Notes: a model not told the origin generated them from the sequence alone. Positions 28,915 through 39,584 are shown, counted from the first letter of the stretch. The stretch is DNA of 64,000 bases from Alphaproteobacteria bacterium (GCA_965205265.1 CBDBGH010000003.1:3872001-3936000); one strand, 5' to 3'. Numbers and translations are program-made.

Positions 28915-30012
28915 ATGAAGATCAAGGCTGCGGTTCTCTACGAACCGAACGAACCGATGGTCGTGCAGACCGTCGATCTGGACGATCCGAGCGACGGGGA
29001 GGTGCTGGTGCGCATCGGCGCGGCCGGCGTGTGCCACTCCGACCTGCATCTCATCAAGGGCGAGTGGAAGACGCCGCTGCCCGCGGTGCTCGGCCATGAA
29101 GGCGCGGGAATCGTCGAGAAGGTCGGCGCCGGGGTGACCCGCGTGAAGCCGGGCGACCATGTGATCCTGAACTTCCGCGCCAATTGCGGCCATTGCCACT
29201 ATTGCGTGGTCGGGCGCCCCGTGCTCTGCGACGGCATCGACACGCCGCGAACGACCATGTTCGACGGCACCGTGCGCCTGCACCGCAACGGGGAGGACAT
29301 CCACCATATGGCGCGGGTGTCCTGCTTTGCCGAATACGCCGTCGTGCCCGAGTCGGGCGCCGTGCCGGTGCGCAAGGACATTCCGCTGGACCGGGCCTGC
29401 CTCATCGGCTGCGCGGTCATGACCGGCGTCGGAGCGGTCGCCAATACGGCCAATGTCAGGCCCGGCGACACGGTCGCCGTCATCGGCTGCGGCGGCGTCG
29501 GCCTGAACGCGGTGCAGGGCGCGGCGCTGGCCGGGGCGGAGCGCATCGTCGCCGTCGATCTGCTGGACAACAAGCTGGAATACGCCCGCCTGTTCGGCGC
29601 GACGGACACGGTCAATGCCGGCAATGGCGACGCCGCGGCCCGCGTGCTGGAGATGACCGGCGGCGGCGTGGACTTCGCCTTCGAGGCGATCGGCAACCCG
29701 GCGGCGATCCAGCAGGCCTACGAGATGTGCCGCATGGGCGGCACTACCGTGATCGTGGGCATGGCGCCGGAAGAAGACGTGCTGGAATTCAATGCCCTGT
29801 CGATACCGCGCACCGAGCGCGCCATTGTCGGTTCGTGGTACGGGTCGGCGCGCCCCTGGGTCGATCTGCCCAGGCTTGCGGACATGTATATGCGCGGCCG
29901 GTTGAAGATCGACGAGCTCATCAGCCGCTCCTACCCGCTGGAGCAGATCAACGAGGCCTATGACGCGCTGCAGGCGGGCGAAGTGGCCCGGAGCGTCCTC
30001 ACCTTCGAGTGA
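28915..30012 (+). CDS. Zn-dependent alcohol dehydrogenase
   Basis: [22 protein letters not shown]...C, GCGGVG; AGGAGG RBS. Confidence 0.94.
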   Translation: MKIKAAVLYEPNEPMVVQTVDLDDPSDGEVLVRIGAAGVCHSDLHLIKGEWKTPLPAVLGHEGAGIVEKVGAGVTRVKPGDHVILNFRANCGHCHYCVVGRPVLCDGIDTPRTTMFDGTVRLHRNGEDIHHMARVSCFAEYAVVPESGAVPVRKDIPLDRACLIGCAVMTGVGAVANTANVRPGDTVAVIGCGGVGLNAVQGAALAGAERIVAVDLLDNKLEYARLFGATDTVNAGNGDAAARVLEMTGGGVDFAFEAIGNPAAIQQAYEMCRMGGTTVIVGMAPEEDVLEFNALSIPRTERAIVGSWYGSARPWVDLPRLADMYMRGRLKIDELISRSYPLEQINEAYDALQAGEVARSVLTFE

Positions 30013-30039
30013 GCATGCGGCTGCTTTCGACGGGCGCGG

Positions 30040-32034
30040 CTAACCCCGCGCCGCCCTGAGCTGCGGGAACTCGGCCCGGAGCGCATCGAAGGCCGCGCGG
30101 ACCTCCGAGCCGTCGCCGCGCCGCGTCGCCGGGTCGAGCATATCGACGGCGTCGAAGACCCGGTGCTTGGCGTAGAAGCGCCAGTGGACGGGCAGCGCCG
30201 CCAGGCATTCGGTGAGCGCATCGTAATTGGCGTCCGTCCAGACGGATTCGAAGGCCGCCCGCTCGGGGCCGACATCGTAGAAGCCGTCCGCCTCCCCGCC
30301 GGCGCGGGCCGCGCGCCGCGCCTCCGTGGCGGGCCCGTCCACCGCGCCGTCGGCGATGACCACGCCATAGGCCTCGCGCGCCTGCCCGGTCGAGACCCAG
30401 CCGCGCCGCCAGTCCAGCAGCACCGCTTCCGGATCGCGCCGGAACGGGTCGCCCCAGCCGCCCGCGCCGCCGCAGGTGACATGGATGACATCGCCGGGGC
30501 CGATGGTGAGGATGTCGGTGTTCTTCAGGTCCACCTCGCGGTCGGTCCCCGGATTCAGGATGAATTTCGACGCGCCGCCCGGGCGGCCACCGGCGATTCC
30601 CCAGCCCGTGAAGATCGTCCGGTCCCGGTTGCGCGCCGTGACGCGGGTGTTCGGCGAGAACGCCTGGAACACAAGCTCCGTGCCGAGCCCGCCGCGATGC
30701 AGGCCGGGCCCGGCCGAGTCGCGCGCAAGGCCGAAGCGCAGCACCTTGATGCCGGCTTCGACCTCGTTCACCTCGGTCGGCGTGTTCTTCATGAAGCCCT
30801 GATTGGCGCCCGAGCCGTCCTGGCCGTCCTCCATCGCGCGCCCGCCGCCGCCGCCGCTCATCGGGCTGATCGCCGCCATGATCCGCCGGCCGGTGCGGTT
30901 TTCGATGGTATTGACGTTCATGATCGGCCCGCCGGAGGCCGGCGCGCCGGCCATGCGGTCCGGGGCCGCCTGGGCGAAGGCGCCGAAGGTGAGCCCGTGC
31001 AGGCGGTAGCAGCTGAGCGTGCGCATGCCGACGGCCGCCGGAAACTCCGGATTGACCATGGTGCCCGACGGCAGGATGCAGCGGCAGACGCGCGCAATGC
31101 CGGAGTTCAGGTAAAGCGACGGGTCCAGCGAATAGAGCACATAGGTCATGCCGACCAGCAGCAGCACATGGCGCTCGTCGCCGCCGGTCGGCATGTTGAG
31201 CGAGGATTCGAGCTGCGGGTCGGACCCGGTGAAGTCGAAGACCAGCTCCTCGTCGCGGACGATCACCGTCAGCTTCATGCGGCAGGGCCGCCCGTCCACC
31301 GAGTCCTCGTCCATATAATCGGCGAAGGGGTAGCTGCCGTTCGGCAGGGTGCGGACGATGGCCCGGGCCTGGGCCTCGGCGTAGTCGAGCAGATCCGCCA
31401 CGCCCTCGCGGAAGGTGTCCGCGCCGAAGCGGGCGATCATCTCGCGGACCTTGCGCTCGCCGGTGTTGCAGGCGGCGATCTGGGCCTTCAGGTCACCCCA
31501 GTTCTGGTCGGGCGCGCGGACATTGGCGAGGAAGATGTCGAGCACCTGCCGGTTGAGCTTTCCCTCCTCCAGGATCTTGACGGGCGGGATGCGCACGCCT
31601 TCCTGGTGGATTTCCGAAAGCGTGCGGGAGAGCGAGGCCGGCACCGCGCCGCCGACATCGGTGTTGTGGATATGGCCGACGGAGAAGGCCACGATCTCGC
31701 CCTCGTGGAAGACCGGCTTCCAGATATGCATGTCCGGCGAGTGGGTGGAAACGAAGCCCGAATAGGGGTCGTTGGTCATCGCGATGTCGCCCGGACGGTA
31801 GTCGTCGATCATGGCGATGGCGCGGCCGTAATTCAGGCCGACGAACCAGGTGGCGCCGAGCTCGGTGGGCGTGGCGAAGGTCTCCCCGTCCGGCGTGGTG
31901 AGGCCGGTGGTGAAGTCCTCGGTCTCCTTGACGAAGGTCGAATGCGCGGTGCGGTAGAGCGTGTAGGCCATGCTCTCCGCCGCCGCGCGGGTGTGGTTCT
32001 TCAGGATTTCCAGCGTGACCTTGTCGATGGGCAT
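30040..32034 (-). CDS. Hydantoinase B/oxoprolinase family protein
   Basis: LYRTAHSTFVKE, NDPYSG...HSPD, HNTDVGG, EIHQEG, GGAGGWGDP. Confidence 0.93.
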   Translation of the reverse strand: MPIDKVTLEILKNHTRAAAESMAYTLYRTAHSTFVKETEDFTTGLTTPDGETFATPTELGATWFVGLNYGRAIAMIDDYRPGDIAMTNDPYSGFVSTHSPDMHIWKPVFHEGEIVAFSVGHIHNTDVGGAVPASLSRTLSEIHQEGVRIPPVKILEEGKLNRQVLDIFLANVRAPDQNWGDLKAQIAACNTGERKVREMIARFGADTFREGVADLLDYAEAQARAIVRTLPNGSYPFADYMDEDSVDGRPCRMKLTVIVRDEELVFDFTGSDPQLESSLNMPTGGDERHVLLLVGMTYVLYSLDPSLYLNSGIARVCRCILPSGTMVNPEFPAAVGMRTLSCYRLHGLTFGAFAQAAPDRMAGAPASGGPIMNVNTIENRTGRRIMAAISPMSGGGGGRAMEDGQDGSGANQGFMKNTPTEVNEVEAGIKVLRFGLARDSAGPGLHRGGLGTELVFQAFSPNTRVTARNRDRTIFTGWGIAGGRPGGASKFILNPGTDREVDLKNTDILTIGPGDVIHVTCGGAGGWGDPFRRDPEAVLLDWRRGWVSTGQAREAYGVVIADGAVDGPATEARRAARAGGEADGFYDVGPERAAFESVWTDANYDALTECLAALPVHWRFYAKHRVFDAVDMLDPATRRGDGSEVRAAFDALRAEFPQLRAARG

Positions 32035-32035
32035 G

Positions 32036-34105
32036 TCAGCCCTCCCTCGTCAGGATCAGGTTGCCGCGGACATCGACCTCGGCCGCAAAGCCCGGAGGGA
32101 CCACGGTGGTGCAGTCGTCCTGCGAGACGACCGCGGGACCGGCGAAATTCCGGCCGGGAGCCAGGGCCGCCCGGTCGTAGAGCGCCGCCATGCGTTCGGC
32201 GCCGTCGAGGAAGACCTTTGCCTGGCCCTTCGGCGCGGCCGGCCCCGGCGCGGCCGCGGCTTCCGCCAGGGCCGGCTTCGGCACGGACCCGCTCACCGTC
32301 AGCCTGAGATTGACCGCCTGCACCGGCGCCTGCCTGTCGGCATGGTCGTAAACGCGGGCATGTTCGCCGTGGAAGGCATCCGCCAGCGCCGCGACCCGGC
32401 CGGCGGCGATATCGGCGCGGCCCACCGGGGTTTCGATCTCGTAGGACTGGCCGAGATAGCGCATGTCAGCGGACCAGATGAGCCGCGCCTCGCCCCGGAA
32501 GCCTTGCTCCTCGCGCAGCCAGGCGAGCGCTTCCGCCTCCAGTTCGCCCGCAAGCCCCTCCAGCACCGCCAGGCCGCCCGTGTCCAGATCGACGAAGGCG
32601 GTACGAATGAAATCGTTGCGAATGTCGGCGATCAGGCCGCCATAGGCAGACAGCACGCCGGGCGCGGGCGGCACGATCACCCGCGCCATGCCGAGCTCGC
32701 GCGCGAAGAGCGCGCCCAGCATCGGCCCGGCGCCGCCGAAGGCCAGCAGCGAGAATCCGCGCGGGTCCGCGCCCCGGCGCGACAGGAGCTTCGAGACCTC
32801 CAGATACATGCCGGAGACCGCGACGCTCACAATGCTCTCGGCCGCCTCGGAGAGCCCGAGCGACAGGCGCTCCGCGACGCCGCCGACCGCGCGCCCGGCG
32901 GCCGCCCGGTCCAGCCGGACGGCGCCGTAGCCGAGTTCGCCCGCGCCGAGCAGGCCCATCGCAACGAAGGCGTCGGTGACCGTCGGGCGTTCGCCGCCCT
33001 GGCCGTAGCAGGCGGGGCCCGGCCGGGAGCCCGCGCTTTCCGGGCCGACCTTCAGCACGCCGAAATCGTCCACCCGGGCGAGGGAGCCGCCGCCCGCGCC
33101 GATGGAAGTGACGGAGACCGTCGGCACATAGATCGGGAACTCGCCTACAAGCTCGCCCGTGCCGAAGGCCGGCGCGCCGCCCTGCACGACCGCCACATCC
33201 GCCGAGGTGCCGCCGACATCGAAGCTCAGCACGTCCCGGGCCCCGATGCGCGCCGCCGCGTCGGCCGCGCCTATGGCCCCGGACGCCGTGCCCGAGAGCA
33301 GCATGGCGATGGGGCGGGTCTTGCCGAGCTCCGCCGCCATGATGCCGCCGTTCGACTTGGTGATCATCGGCTCGGCCGGCACGCCGGCATCGCGGAGCGC
33401 CGCCTGCAGCGAGCCGATATAGGCGGCCACCCGGCGCTGCACATAGCCGGCGACGGTGGCCGTCACCGTGCGCTCATATTCCCGGATGACCGGCCAGACC
33501 TCCGAGGAGAGCGTCACCGCCATGCCGGGCTCCGCCGCCAGGATTGCGTCCCGCACCGCGCGTTCGTTCGCCGGGTTGGCGTAGGCGTGCAGCAGGGCGA
33601 CGACGATCGTGTCCGCGCCCGCCGCCTTCGCCTTCGCCGCCGCGTCCCGGACATCGGCGGGATCGACCGGCGTTTCGACCGAACCGTCCTTCAGCATCCG
33701 CTCGGCGATGCCGTAAACCCGCTCGCGCGGGACCAGCGGCGGCGGGCGGCGCGAGAAGATGTCGTAGGGGTCGGGCGTCTTCAGCCGCGCGACCTCCAGC
33801 ACGTCCTCGAACTCCCGCGTCGTGAACAGCGCCAGCGCCGCGCCCCGGCGCTGGATCACTGTGTTGACGCCCACCGTGGTGCCGTGGGTGAAGAACCTTA
33901 TGCCGGAGGCCGGCTGTCCGTGGCGCCGGTCCAGTTCGGCGATGCCCTGCATGACCTCCGCGCCCGGCGTCTCGGGCGTCGAGAGGATCTTCAGGGTCCT
34001 GAGCGCGCCGGTCGCCTCGTCGAAGGCGCAGAAATCGGTGAATGTGCCGCCGATATCGACGGCGACCCGGCATGCGTTTGCTGGTTCCGGCACGGGGCGC
34101 CCCAA
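32036..34105 (-). CDS. Hydantoinase A/oxoprolinase family protein
   Basis: DIGGTFTD, HGTTVGVN, DVGGTSAD, GAGGGS, PGPACYG; alternative GTG start at 34093. Confidence 0.93.
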   Translation of the reverse strand: MGRPVPEPANACRVAVDIGGTFTDFCAFDEATGALRTLKILSTPETPGAEVMQGIAELDRRHGQPASGIRFFTHGTTVGVNTVIQRRGAALALFTTREFEDVLEVARLKTPDPYDIFSRRPPPLVPRERVYGIAERMLKDGSVETPVDPADVRDAAAKAKAAGADTIVVALLHAYANPANERAVRDAILAAEPGMAVTLSSEVWPVIREYERTVTATVAGYVQRRVAAYIGSLQAALRDAGVPAEPMITKSNGGIMAAELGKTRPIAMLLSGTASGAIGAADAAARIGARDVLSFDVGGTSADVAVVQGGAPAFGTGELVGEFPIYVPTVSVTSIGAGGGSLARVDDFGVLKVGPESAGSRPGPACYGQGGERPTVTDAFVAMGLLGAGELGYGAVRLDRAAAGRAVGGVAERLSLGLSEAAESIVSVAVSGMYLEVSKLLSRRGADPRGFSLLAFGGAGPMLGALFARELGMARVIVPPAPGVLSAYGGLIADIRNDFIRTAFVDLDTGGLAVLEGLAGELEAEALAWLREEQGFRGEARLIWSADMRYLGQSYEIETPVGRADIAAGRVAALADAFHGEHARVYDHADRQAPVQAVNLRLTVSGSVPKPALAEAAAAPGPAAPKGQAKVFLDGAERMAALYDRAALAPGRNFAGPAVVSQDDCTTVVPPGFAAEVDVRGNLILTREG

Positions 34106-34276
34106 TTCAATTCAGGATCGCGGCCGTCCAACGGGACGGCCGCATTGCCGCCCAGCATTTCCCGCGCCGGGCGCCAAGTCCAGCCTCGTCATCGCGCGGC
34201 CCCGAATGCCTGCGGGCGCCGCCCGGATATGCGATACAGGCGCAGAAGCCGGGACGGGCGGAAAGGGGCCGCTGCC

Positions 34277-35164
34277 ATGCTCGCAGGACTCAACACGGCG
34301 CTGGTGACGCCGTTCGATGCGGATTTCGCGTTCGACGAGGCCGCCATGCGCAGAAGTGTCCGCCGCCAGATCGAGGCCGGCGCGGCCGGGCTTTGCGCGC
34401 TCGGCGGCACGGGCGAGCCGCTGTCGCTCGCGCTTGCCGAGCATTTCAGGGTCGTCGATACGGTCGTCGGGGAGGCGGCGGGCCGCGTGCCCGTCACGGT
34501 CGGCTGCCTGCTCGGCGGGCAGGCCGACATCCTGGCGGTCGCGCGCCATGCGGAGCGCGCCGGCGCGGACTTCGTCATGCTCGCCCCGCCCTTTTTCTTC
34601 TCCGCCCGGCCCTTCGACATCGAGCGCCATTTCGCCGCCGTCGCGGAGGCCTGCGGGCTGCCGATCGTGCTCTTCCACACGCCCGGGCGGAGCGGCGTGC
34701 GCCTGAATGCCGACGAACTGCTCGCCCTCATCCATGCGGTTCCGGCCATCAGGGGCATCAAGGAGGCGTCGGGCGACATGGCGCTCGCCGGCGAGGTGAT
34801 GAACGGCGCGCCGGAGGGGTTCGCGTTCATGCAGGGCCTGGACGAGCTGCTGCTGCCGTCGCTGGCGATGGGTGCTGCGGGCGGCATCGTCTCGCTCGGC
34901 GAGCTGCTGCCCCGGAGCCTGTGCGCGCTCATCGAACATGCCGGGGCGGGCGAACTCGAGCCGGCGCGGCGGATACAACTCGGCCTCCTGCCGCTCTGCC
35001 GCTGGATCTACTCCGAGCCCAATCCCGGCCCGCTCAAATACGCACTCAAGCTAGCCGGCCGCCCGGCAGGCCCCTGCCGCCCACCCATCTACGGCCCCCG
35101 CGACGCCACGGCGCAGGCGCTAAAAGACCTGCTGCCGCCCCTGCTCCGCGCGGAGGCGGGCTGA
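34277..35164 (+). CDS. DapA/NAL family class I aldolase (non-canonical active site)
   Basis: TALVTPF, GGTGE, GIKEASGD Schiff-base Lys, EPNPGPLKYAL. Confidence 0.88.
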   Translation: MLAGLNTALVTPFDADFAFDEAAMRRSVRRQIEAGAAGLCALGGTGEPLSLALAEHFRVVDTVVGEAAGRVPVTVGCLLGGQADILAVARHAERAGADFVMLAPPFFFSARPFDIERHFAAVAEACGLPIVLFHTPGRSGVRLNADELLALIHAVPAIRGIKEASGDMALAGEVMNGAPEGFAFMQGLDELLLPSLAMGAAGGIVSLGELLPRSLCALIEHAGAGELEPARRIQLGLLPLCRWIYSEPNPGPLKYALKLAGRPAGPCRPPIYGPRDATAQALKDLLPPLLRAEAG

Positions 35165-35175
35165 CGCGGTCGGGC

Positions 35176-36225
35176 CTAGCGGTATTTCGCTTCCTGGTCG
35201 CTTTCCTCGGCCGGGCGGGCCATGGCGTCGATGATCTGCTTCAGGCTTATGGCGCCGATCGCCTTTCCCTCGCCGTCCACGACCTTGGCCCGGTCGGCCC
35301 CTGCGGCGCTCACCGCCTGCAGCGCCTCGTCCAGGACGAGGTTGTGCGCCACGCTCGGGCCGTCGATGCCCGGGCCCGGCGTCATCACCGACCGCGCTTC
35401 GATGACCCGGCCCCGGTTGATGTCCTTGACGAAGTCGAAAATGTAGTCGTCGGCCGGGTGCAGGATGATGTCCTGAGGATTGCCCTGCTGGATCAGCGCA
35501 CCGTCGCGCAGGATGGCGATGCTGTCGCCGAGGCGAAGCGCCTCGTCGAGATCGTGGGTGATGAACACGATGGTCTTGTGCAGCTCCTCCTGCAGTCCGA
35601 GCAGGACCTGCTGCATGTCGTTGCGGATCAGCGGGTCGAGCGCGGAGAACGGTTCGTCCATCAGCAGGATTTCCGCGTCCGTGGCCAGCGCGCGCGCCAG
35701 CCCGACCCTCTGCTGCATGCCTCCCGACAGCTGCGAGGGGTAGTGGTTCTCGAATCCCGACAGCCCGACGCGGTCCAGCCATTTCCGGCTTTGCTCCTTG
35801 GCCTGCCCGATGGGCATGCCCTGGATCGCAAGGCCGTAGGCGGCGTTCTCGGCAACCGTTTTGTGGACATGGAGCCCGAACCTCTGGAACACCATCGAGA
35901 TGCTGTGCCGCCGGACCTCGATCAGCTCCTCCCTGGTCATGGCGAGCACGTCCCGCCCATTGACCACGATCCGGCCCGAAGTCGGCTCGATCAGCCGGTT
36001 GATATGCCGGATCAGGGTGGACTTGCCGGAGCCCGACAACCCCATGATGACGGAGATTTCCCGGGCGGAGACCTCGATGTTGATGTCCTTCAGGCCCAGC
36101 ACATGGTCGTGCTTTTCGAGCAGCTCCTGCTTGGACATGCCCTGCTGCACGGCGGCGAGCACGGATTGCGGCCGGGGACCGAAGATCTTGTACAGCTTCT
36201 CGATGCTGATCTTGGTCTCAGCCAT
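35176..36225 (-). CDS. proV: Quaternary amine (glycine betaine/TMAO) ABC transporter ATP-binding protein
   Basis: GLSGSGKS, LSGGMQQRVGLARAL, MDEPFSALDPLIR. Confidence 0.92.
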   Translation of the reverse strand: MAETKISIEKLYKIFGPRPQSVLAAVQQGMSKQELLEKHDHVLGLKDINIEVSAREISVIMGLSGSGKSTLIRHINRLIEPTSGRIVVNGRDVLAMTREELIEVRRHSISMVFQRFGLHVHKTVAENAAYGLAIQGMPIGQAKEQSRKWLDRVGLSGFENHYPSQLSGGMQQRVGLARALATDAEILLMDEPFSALDPLIRNDMQQVLLGLQEELHKTIVFITHDLDEALRLGDSIAILRDGALIQQGNPQDIILHPADDYIFDFVKDINRGRVIEARSVMTPGPGIDGPSVAHNLVLDEALQAVSAAGADRAKVVDGEGKAIGAISLKQIIDAMARPAEESDQEAKYR

Positions 36226-37108
36226 GATCGACGCCCTCGCGATGCCGTTGCAGGCGCTGGCCGAATCTCTGCGACACGCGGTCGAAGATGATCGCCAGCG
36301 CCACGATGGCCAGGCCGTTCATCAGGCCAAGCGCCAGATACTGGTTCGAAATCGACCGCAATACCGGCACGCCGAGACCGGCCACGCCGATCATCGAGGC
36401 GATCACCACCATGGAGAGCGCCATCATGATGGTCTGGTTCACGCCGGCGAAGATGTTGGGCAGCGCCAGCGGAATCTGCACGCCGAACAGCTTCTGCCGG
36501 TAGTCGGCCCCGAAGGCGTCGGCGGCCTCCAGCGCCTCCTTCTCGACGAGCCTTATGCCGAGATTGGTCAACCGCACGATCGGCGGGATTGCGTAGATGC
36601 ACACCGCGATCAGGCCCGGCACCTTGCCGATGCCGAGCAGCATGACGACCGGTATGAGATAAACGAAGGCCGGAATCGTCTGCATGATGTCCAGCACCGG
36701 CGTAATCGCCGTCTGCATCCGGTCCGAGCGCGCCATCAGGATGCCGAGCGGGATGCCGATCGCGATGCAGAGCAGGGTCGCGACCGAGATGATGGCCAGG
36801 GTGGACATGGTGTCCTGCCACATGCCGAAATAACCGATCGCGAGGAACGACAGCACGGAACCGATAACGACCGTCCTGCTGCGCGAGCCGAGCCAGGCCA
36901 GCCCCGCGATCGCCAGAATGATGACCGGCCACGGCGCGGCGATCAGCAGTTTCTCGAACAGGACGAGGAACCTGAGCAGGGGCTCGAAGAAGTTCTCCAG
37001 CATCTCGCCGAATTCGCGCGAAAAGTCGCGGAACCCTCCGTCGATCGCCTTCTTCAGGTCGCGAAGGGCCTGGCGGTCCATCGAGGGAAATTCCAACAAG
37101 GATTCCAT
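36218..37108 (-). CDS. proW: Quaternary amine ABC transporter permease
   Basis: PVLDIMQTIPAFVYLIP, EAADAFGA, GVNQTIMMALSMVVIASMIG. Confidence 0.92.
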   Translation of the reverse strand: MESLLEFPSMDRQALRDLKKAIDGGFRDFSREFGEMLENFFEPLLRFLVLFEKLLIAAPWPVIILAIAGLAWLGSRSRTVVIGSVLSFLAIGYFGMWQDTMSTLAIISVATLLCIAIGIPLGILMARSDRMQTAITPVLDIMQTIPAFVYLIPVVMLLGIGKVPGLIAVCIYAIPPIVRLTNLGIRLVEKEALEAADAFGADYRQKLFGVQIPLALPNIFAGVNQTIMMALSMVVIASMIGVAGLGVPVLRSISNQYLALGLMNGLAIVALAIIFDRVSQRFGQRLQRHREGVDHG

Positions 37109-37181
37109 GCGGGCCTCCCATCGGGCTCGAGGAACGATTATTCCTTGCAAATGCCCTTCCGACCCGGCGCCGGAGGGTGAC

Positions 37182-37216
37182 AAAAAGCCCGCCGGGACGG
37201 GTCCGGGCGGGCTTTT
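37182..37216 (-). terminator. Intrinsic terminator/stabilising hairpin after the binding-protein gene
   Basis: AAAAAGCCCGCC...GGCGGGCTTTT hairpin with T/A tracts on both sides. Confidence 0.8.
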
Positions 37217-37256
37217 CTCTTCGAGTCAGGCAGTCGGACCGACCGCAAGACCCGCG

Positions 37257-38261
37257 TTACATTCCCTTCACTTTCGCCGCGACCTCGGCAGGCACCCAGG
37301 GCTTCCACACATCGGCATGCGCGCGCAGGAACTCCGCCGCGGCATCCGCCCCGTCAGCCTGGTTCTCGTCCATATAGACCAGCATGCCGTTCATCACGTC
37401 GCCGGGGAACACGCGGTTCTTGAAATACGCCATGACCGCATCGCCCGCGTTCGCCGCGAAGTCCGCCGTGACCACGGTATGCACCTCCGACTCCGTCCAG
37501 GACGACGGCTGCGGGTCTGCGCATTCCTGCTCCGGCTTGACGATGCAGCCGTCCCAGTGCTCGCTGCCGACGAACGGCACGCCGAAGTCGAGCTTGACCA
37601 TCTTGTGCCGGCCGATGAGCGCGGTGGGCGACCAGTAGTAGCCGAACCAGTTCTCGCCGCGGTTGACCGCCTTGGACATGGAGCCGTCCAGCCCGGCCGC
37701 CGAGCCCGGGTCCACCAGCTTCCAGCCCTTTTCCGCCATCTTGAACGCACGGAACAGGTTCGCGTTGGTCAGCTGGCAGCCCCAGCCCGCAGGGCATCCC
37801 ACGAATGCGCCCTTCGAGGGGTCCTCGGCATCCGGGAAGAGGTCGGGACGCTTCAGCACGTCCAGCACGGTCTTGAGCTCGGGGTGCTTTTCCTGCACGT
37901 AGGGCGGGACCCACCAGCCCTCGCCCAGGCCGCTGATCGGACCGCCATTGGCGGATTTCAGCCTGCCTTCGTCCATGGCGGCCTTCAGGGGGTCGCGCAC
38001 GGCGTTGATCCACAGCTCCGGTGCCACGTCCGGCTCGCCCTTCTCGTTGAGGGAGGTGAAGGTCGGCATGGTGTCGCCGGGGACCAGCTCGACATCGCAT
38101 CCATATCCTTCGGCGAGGATGATCTTGTCGACTTCGGCCATCAACTGGGCGGAGGCCCAGTTCATATTCGCAATCTGGACCTTGCCGCAGTCCGCCATGG
38201 CCGCATTCGCGCCGAACGCCAGCGCCAGGCCCAGCAAAGCCGTCTTCAGCAAGTGTTTCAT
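37257..38261 (-). CDS. proX: Quaternary amine ABC substrate-binding protein (ProX family, TmoX-like)
   Basis: Signal peptide; MNWASA, GCPAGWGC, DPGSAAGLDGS, GYYWSPT, WDGCIVKPEQEC; GGAGG RBS. Confidence 0.88.
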   Translation of the reverse strand: MKHLLKTALLGLALAFGANAAMADCGKVQIANMNWASAQLMAEVDKIILAEGYGCDVELVPGDTMPTFTSLNEKGEPDVAPELWINAVRDPLKAAMDEGRLKSANGGPISGLGEGWWVPPYVQEKHPELKTVLDVLKRPDLFPDAEDPSKGAFVGCPAGWGCQLTNANLFRAFKMAEKGWKLVDPGSAAGLDGSMSKAVNRGENWFGYYWSPTALIGRHKMVKLDFGVPFVGSEHWDGCIVKPEQECADPQPSSWTESEVHTVVTADFAANAGDAVMAYFKNRVFPGDVMNGMLVYMDENQADGADAAAEFLRAHADVWKPWVPAEVAAKVKGM

Positions 38262-38530
38262 GTCTGTTACCTCCTCCGGTTCATGTGTGGCGATCGGGAC
38301 GGTGCGCGACGCGCGATATGGCCCCCTGACATCCGGCAGCCCTGCGGAGACGGCCGGCGGGCCGCCTCCCTCCGCCACCGGCAAAGGAAAAGGCTAGCAT
38401 GGGGCCACAACGCGGACAAGGAGCCGCCCCGGTGGCGGCCCGACACCCGCCCGCGTTTCCGGCGAAAGGCAAAGTCCTGTAACCTCGCCCGTCGCGGCCG
38501 AAATGCGCTGCTGGCGGCGGGAGCGGGACA

Positions 38531-39583
38531 GTGACGGATCTTCCGGGGTTTCTGAAGCGCATTCCGAAGGTGGAGCTGCACTGCCACCTGCTCGGCACCG
38601 TGCGCAAAGCAACGATGAAGGCGATGGCGGCCCGCAACGGCGCGCGCACGACCGAAGAGCAGATCGAGGGGTTCTACATCCGCGGCGAGAAGCCGGTCGG
38701 CGTGCTCGCGATCTTCCGCGAGATGGAGGCCCATATCCTGATGACGCCGGCGGACTTCCGGCAGATTGCCCGCGAATATCTGGAGGACGCCGCCGCCCAC
38801 ACGGTCCGCTATGCCGAGATCTACTGGAACCCGACCGGCAATCTCCGCCACACGGGCTTCTCCTACGGCGAGCTGCAGGCCGCCGTCCTCGCCGGCATGG
38901 CGGATGCGGAGCGGGACTTCGGCATCGCCAGCAACCTCATCCCGAGCATCGACCGGGAGGCGCCGCCGGAGGACGCGGTCGAGATGGTGCGGCAGATGAT
39001 CGCCAACCGGGACCCGCGCGTGCCTGGCATCGGCATCGACTATCGCGAGGTGGACAATCCGCCGGAGAAGTTCGCCGAAGCCTATGCGCTGGCGCGCGAC
39101 GCCGGCTTCCGGCTGACGGCGCATGCGGGCGAGTTCGGCGAGCCCTGGACCAATGTCGCCGCAGCCCTCGACCTGCTCGGGGTGGAGCGGCTCGACCACG
39201 CCTACACCGTCCTCGACAATCCGGAGCTCACGGCCCGCTGCGCGGCCGAAGGCATCGTCATCACCGTCGTGCCGTCCAACAGCTACTATCTGCGCGAGCT
39301 GGACAAGTCCGAATGGGCGGAAAAACACCCCATCCGGCGCATGGGGCGTGCGGGGCTCCGCATCCACCCGAACACCGACGACCCCGCCTTCCACCTGACG
39401 GACCCGACCCGCTGCTGGCAGAGCATGGTCGTCGATTTCGGCTATTCGCTGGCCGATCTCCGGGGCTTCATGCTGAACGGCCTCGACGGCGCCTGGATCG
39501 ATGACGGGCTGCGCCGGCGCTGGAAGCGGGAATGGAGCGCCGAGTTCGACCGCCTCGCGGAAGAGCACGGCATCGCCGGCTGA
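38531..39583 (+). CDS. add: Adenosine/adenine deaminase family amidohydrolase
   Basis: PKVELHCHL, HAGE, RLDHA, NTDDP. Confidence 0.87.
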   Translation: MTDLPGFLKRIPKVELHCHLLGTVRKATMKAMAARNGARTTEEQIEGFYIRGEKPVGVLAIFREMEAHILMTPADFRQIAREYLEDAAAHTVRYAEIYWNPTGNLRHTGFSYGELQAAVLAGMADAERDFGIASNLIPSIDREAPPEDAVEMVRQMIANRDPRVPGIGIDYREVDNPPEKFAEAYALARDAGFRLTAHAGEFGEPWTNVAAALDLLGVERLDHAYTVLDNPELTARCAAEGIVITVVPSNSYYLRELDKSEWAEKHPIRRMGRAGLRIHPNTDDPAFHLTDPTRCWQSMVVDFGYSLADLRGFMLNGLDGAWIDDGLRRRWKREWSAEFDRLAEEHGIAG

Positions 39584-39584
39584 C

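Noticed and set aside
31970-34276. 1064-aa ORF extending the DapA-like gene
   Set aside because: The upstream part is the antisense shadow of hydantoinase A; RBS and homology start at 34277
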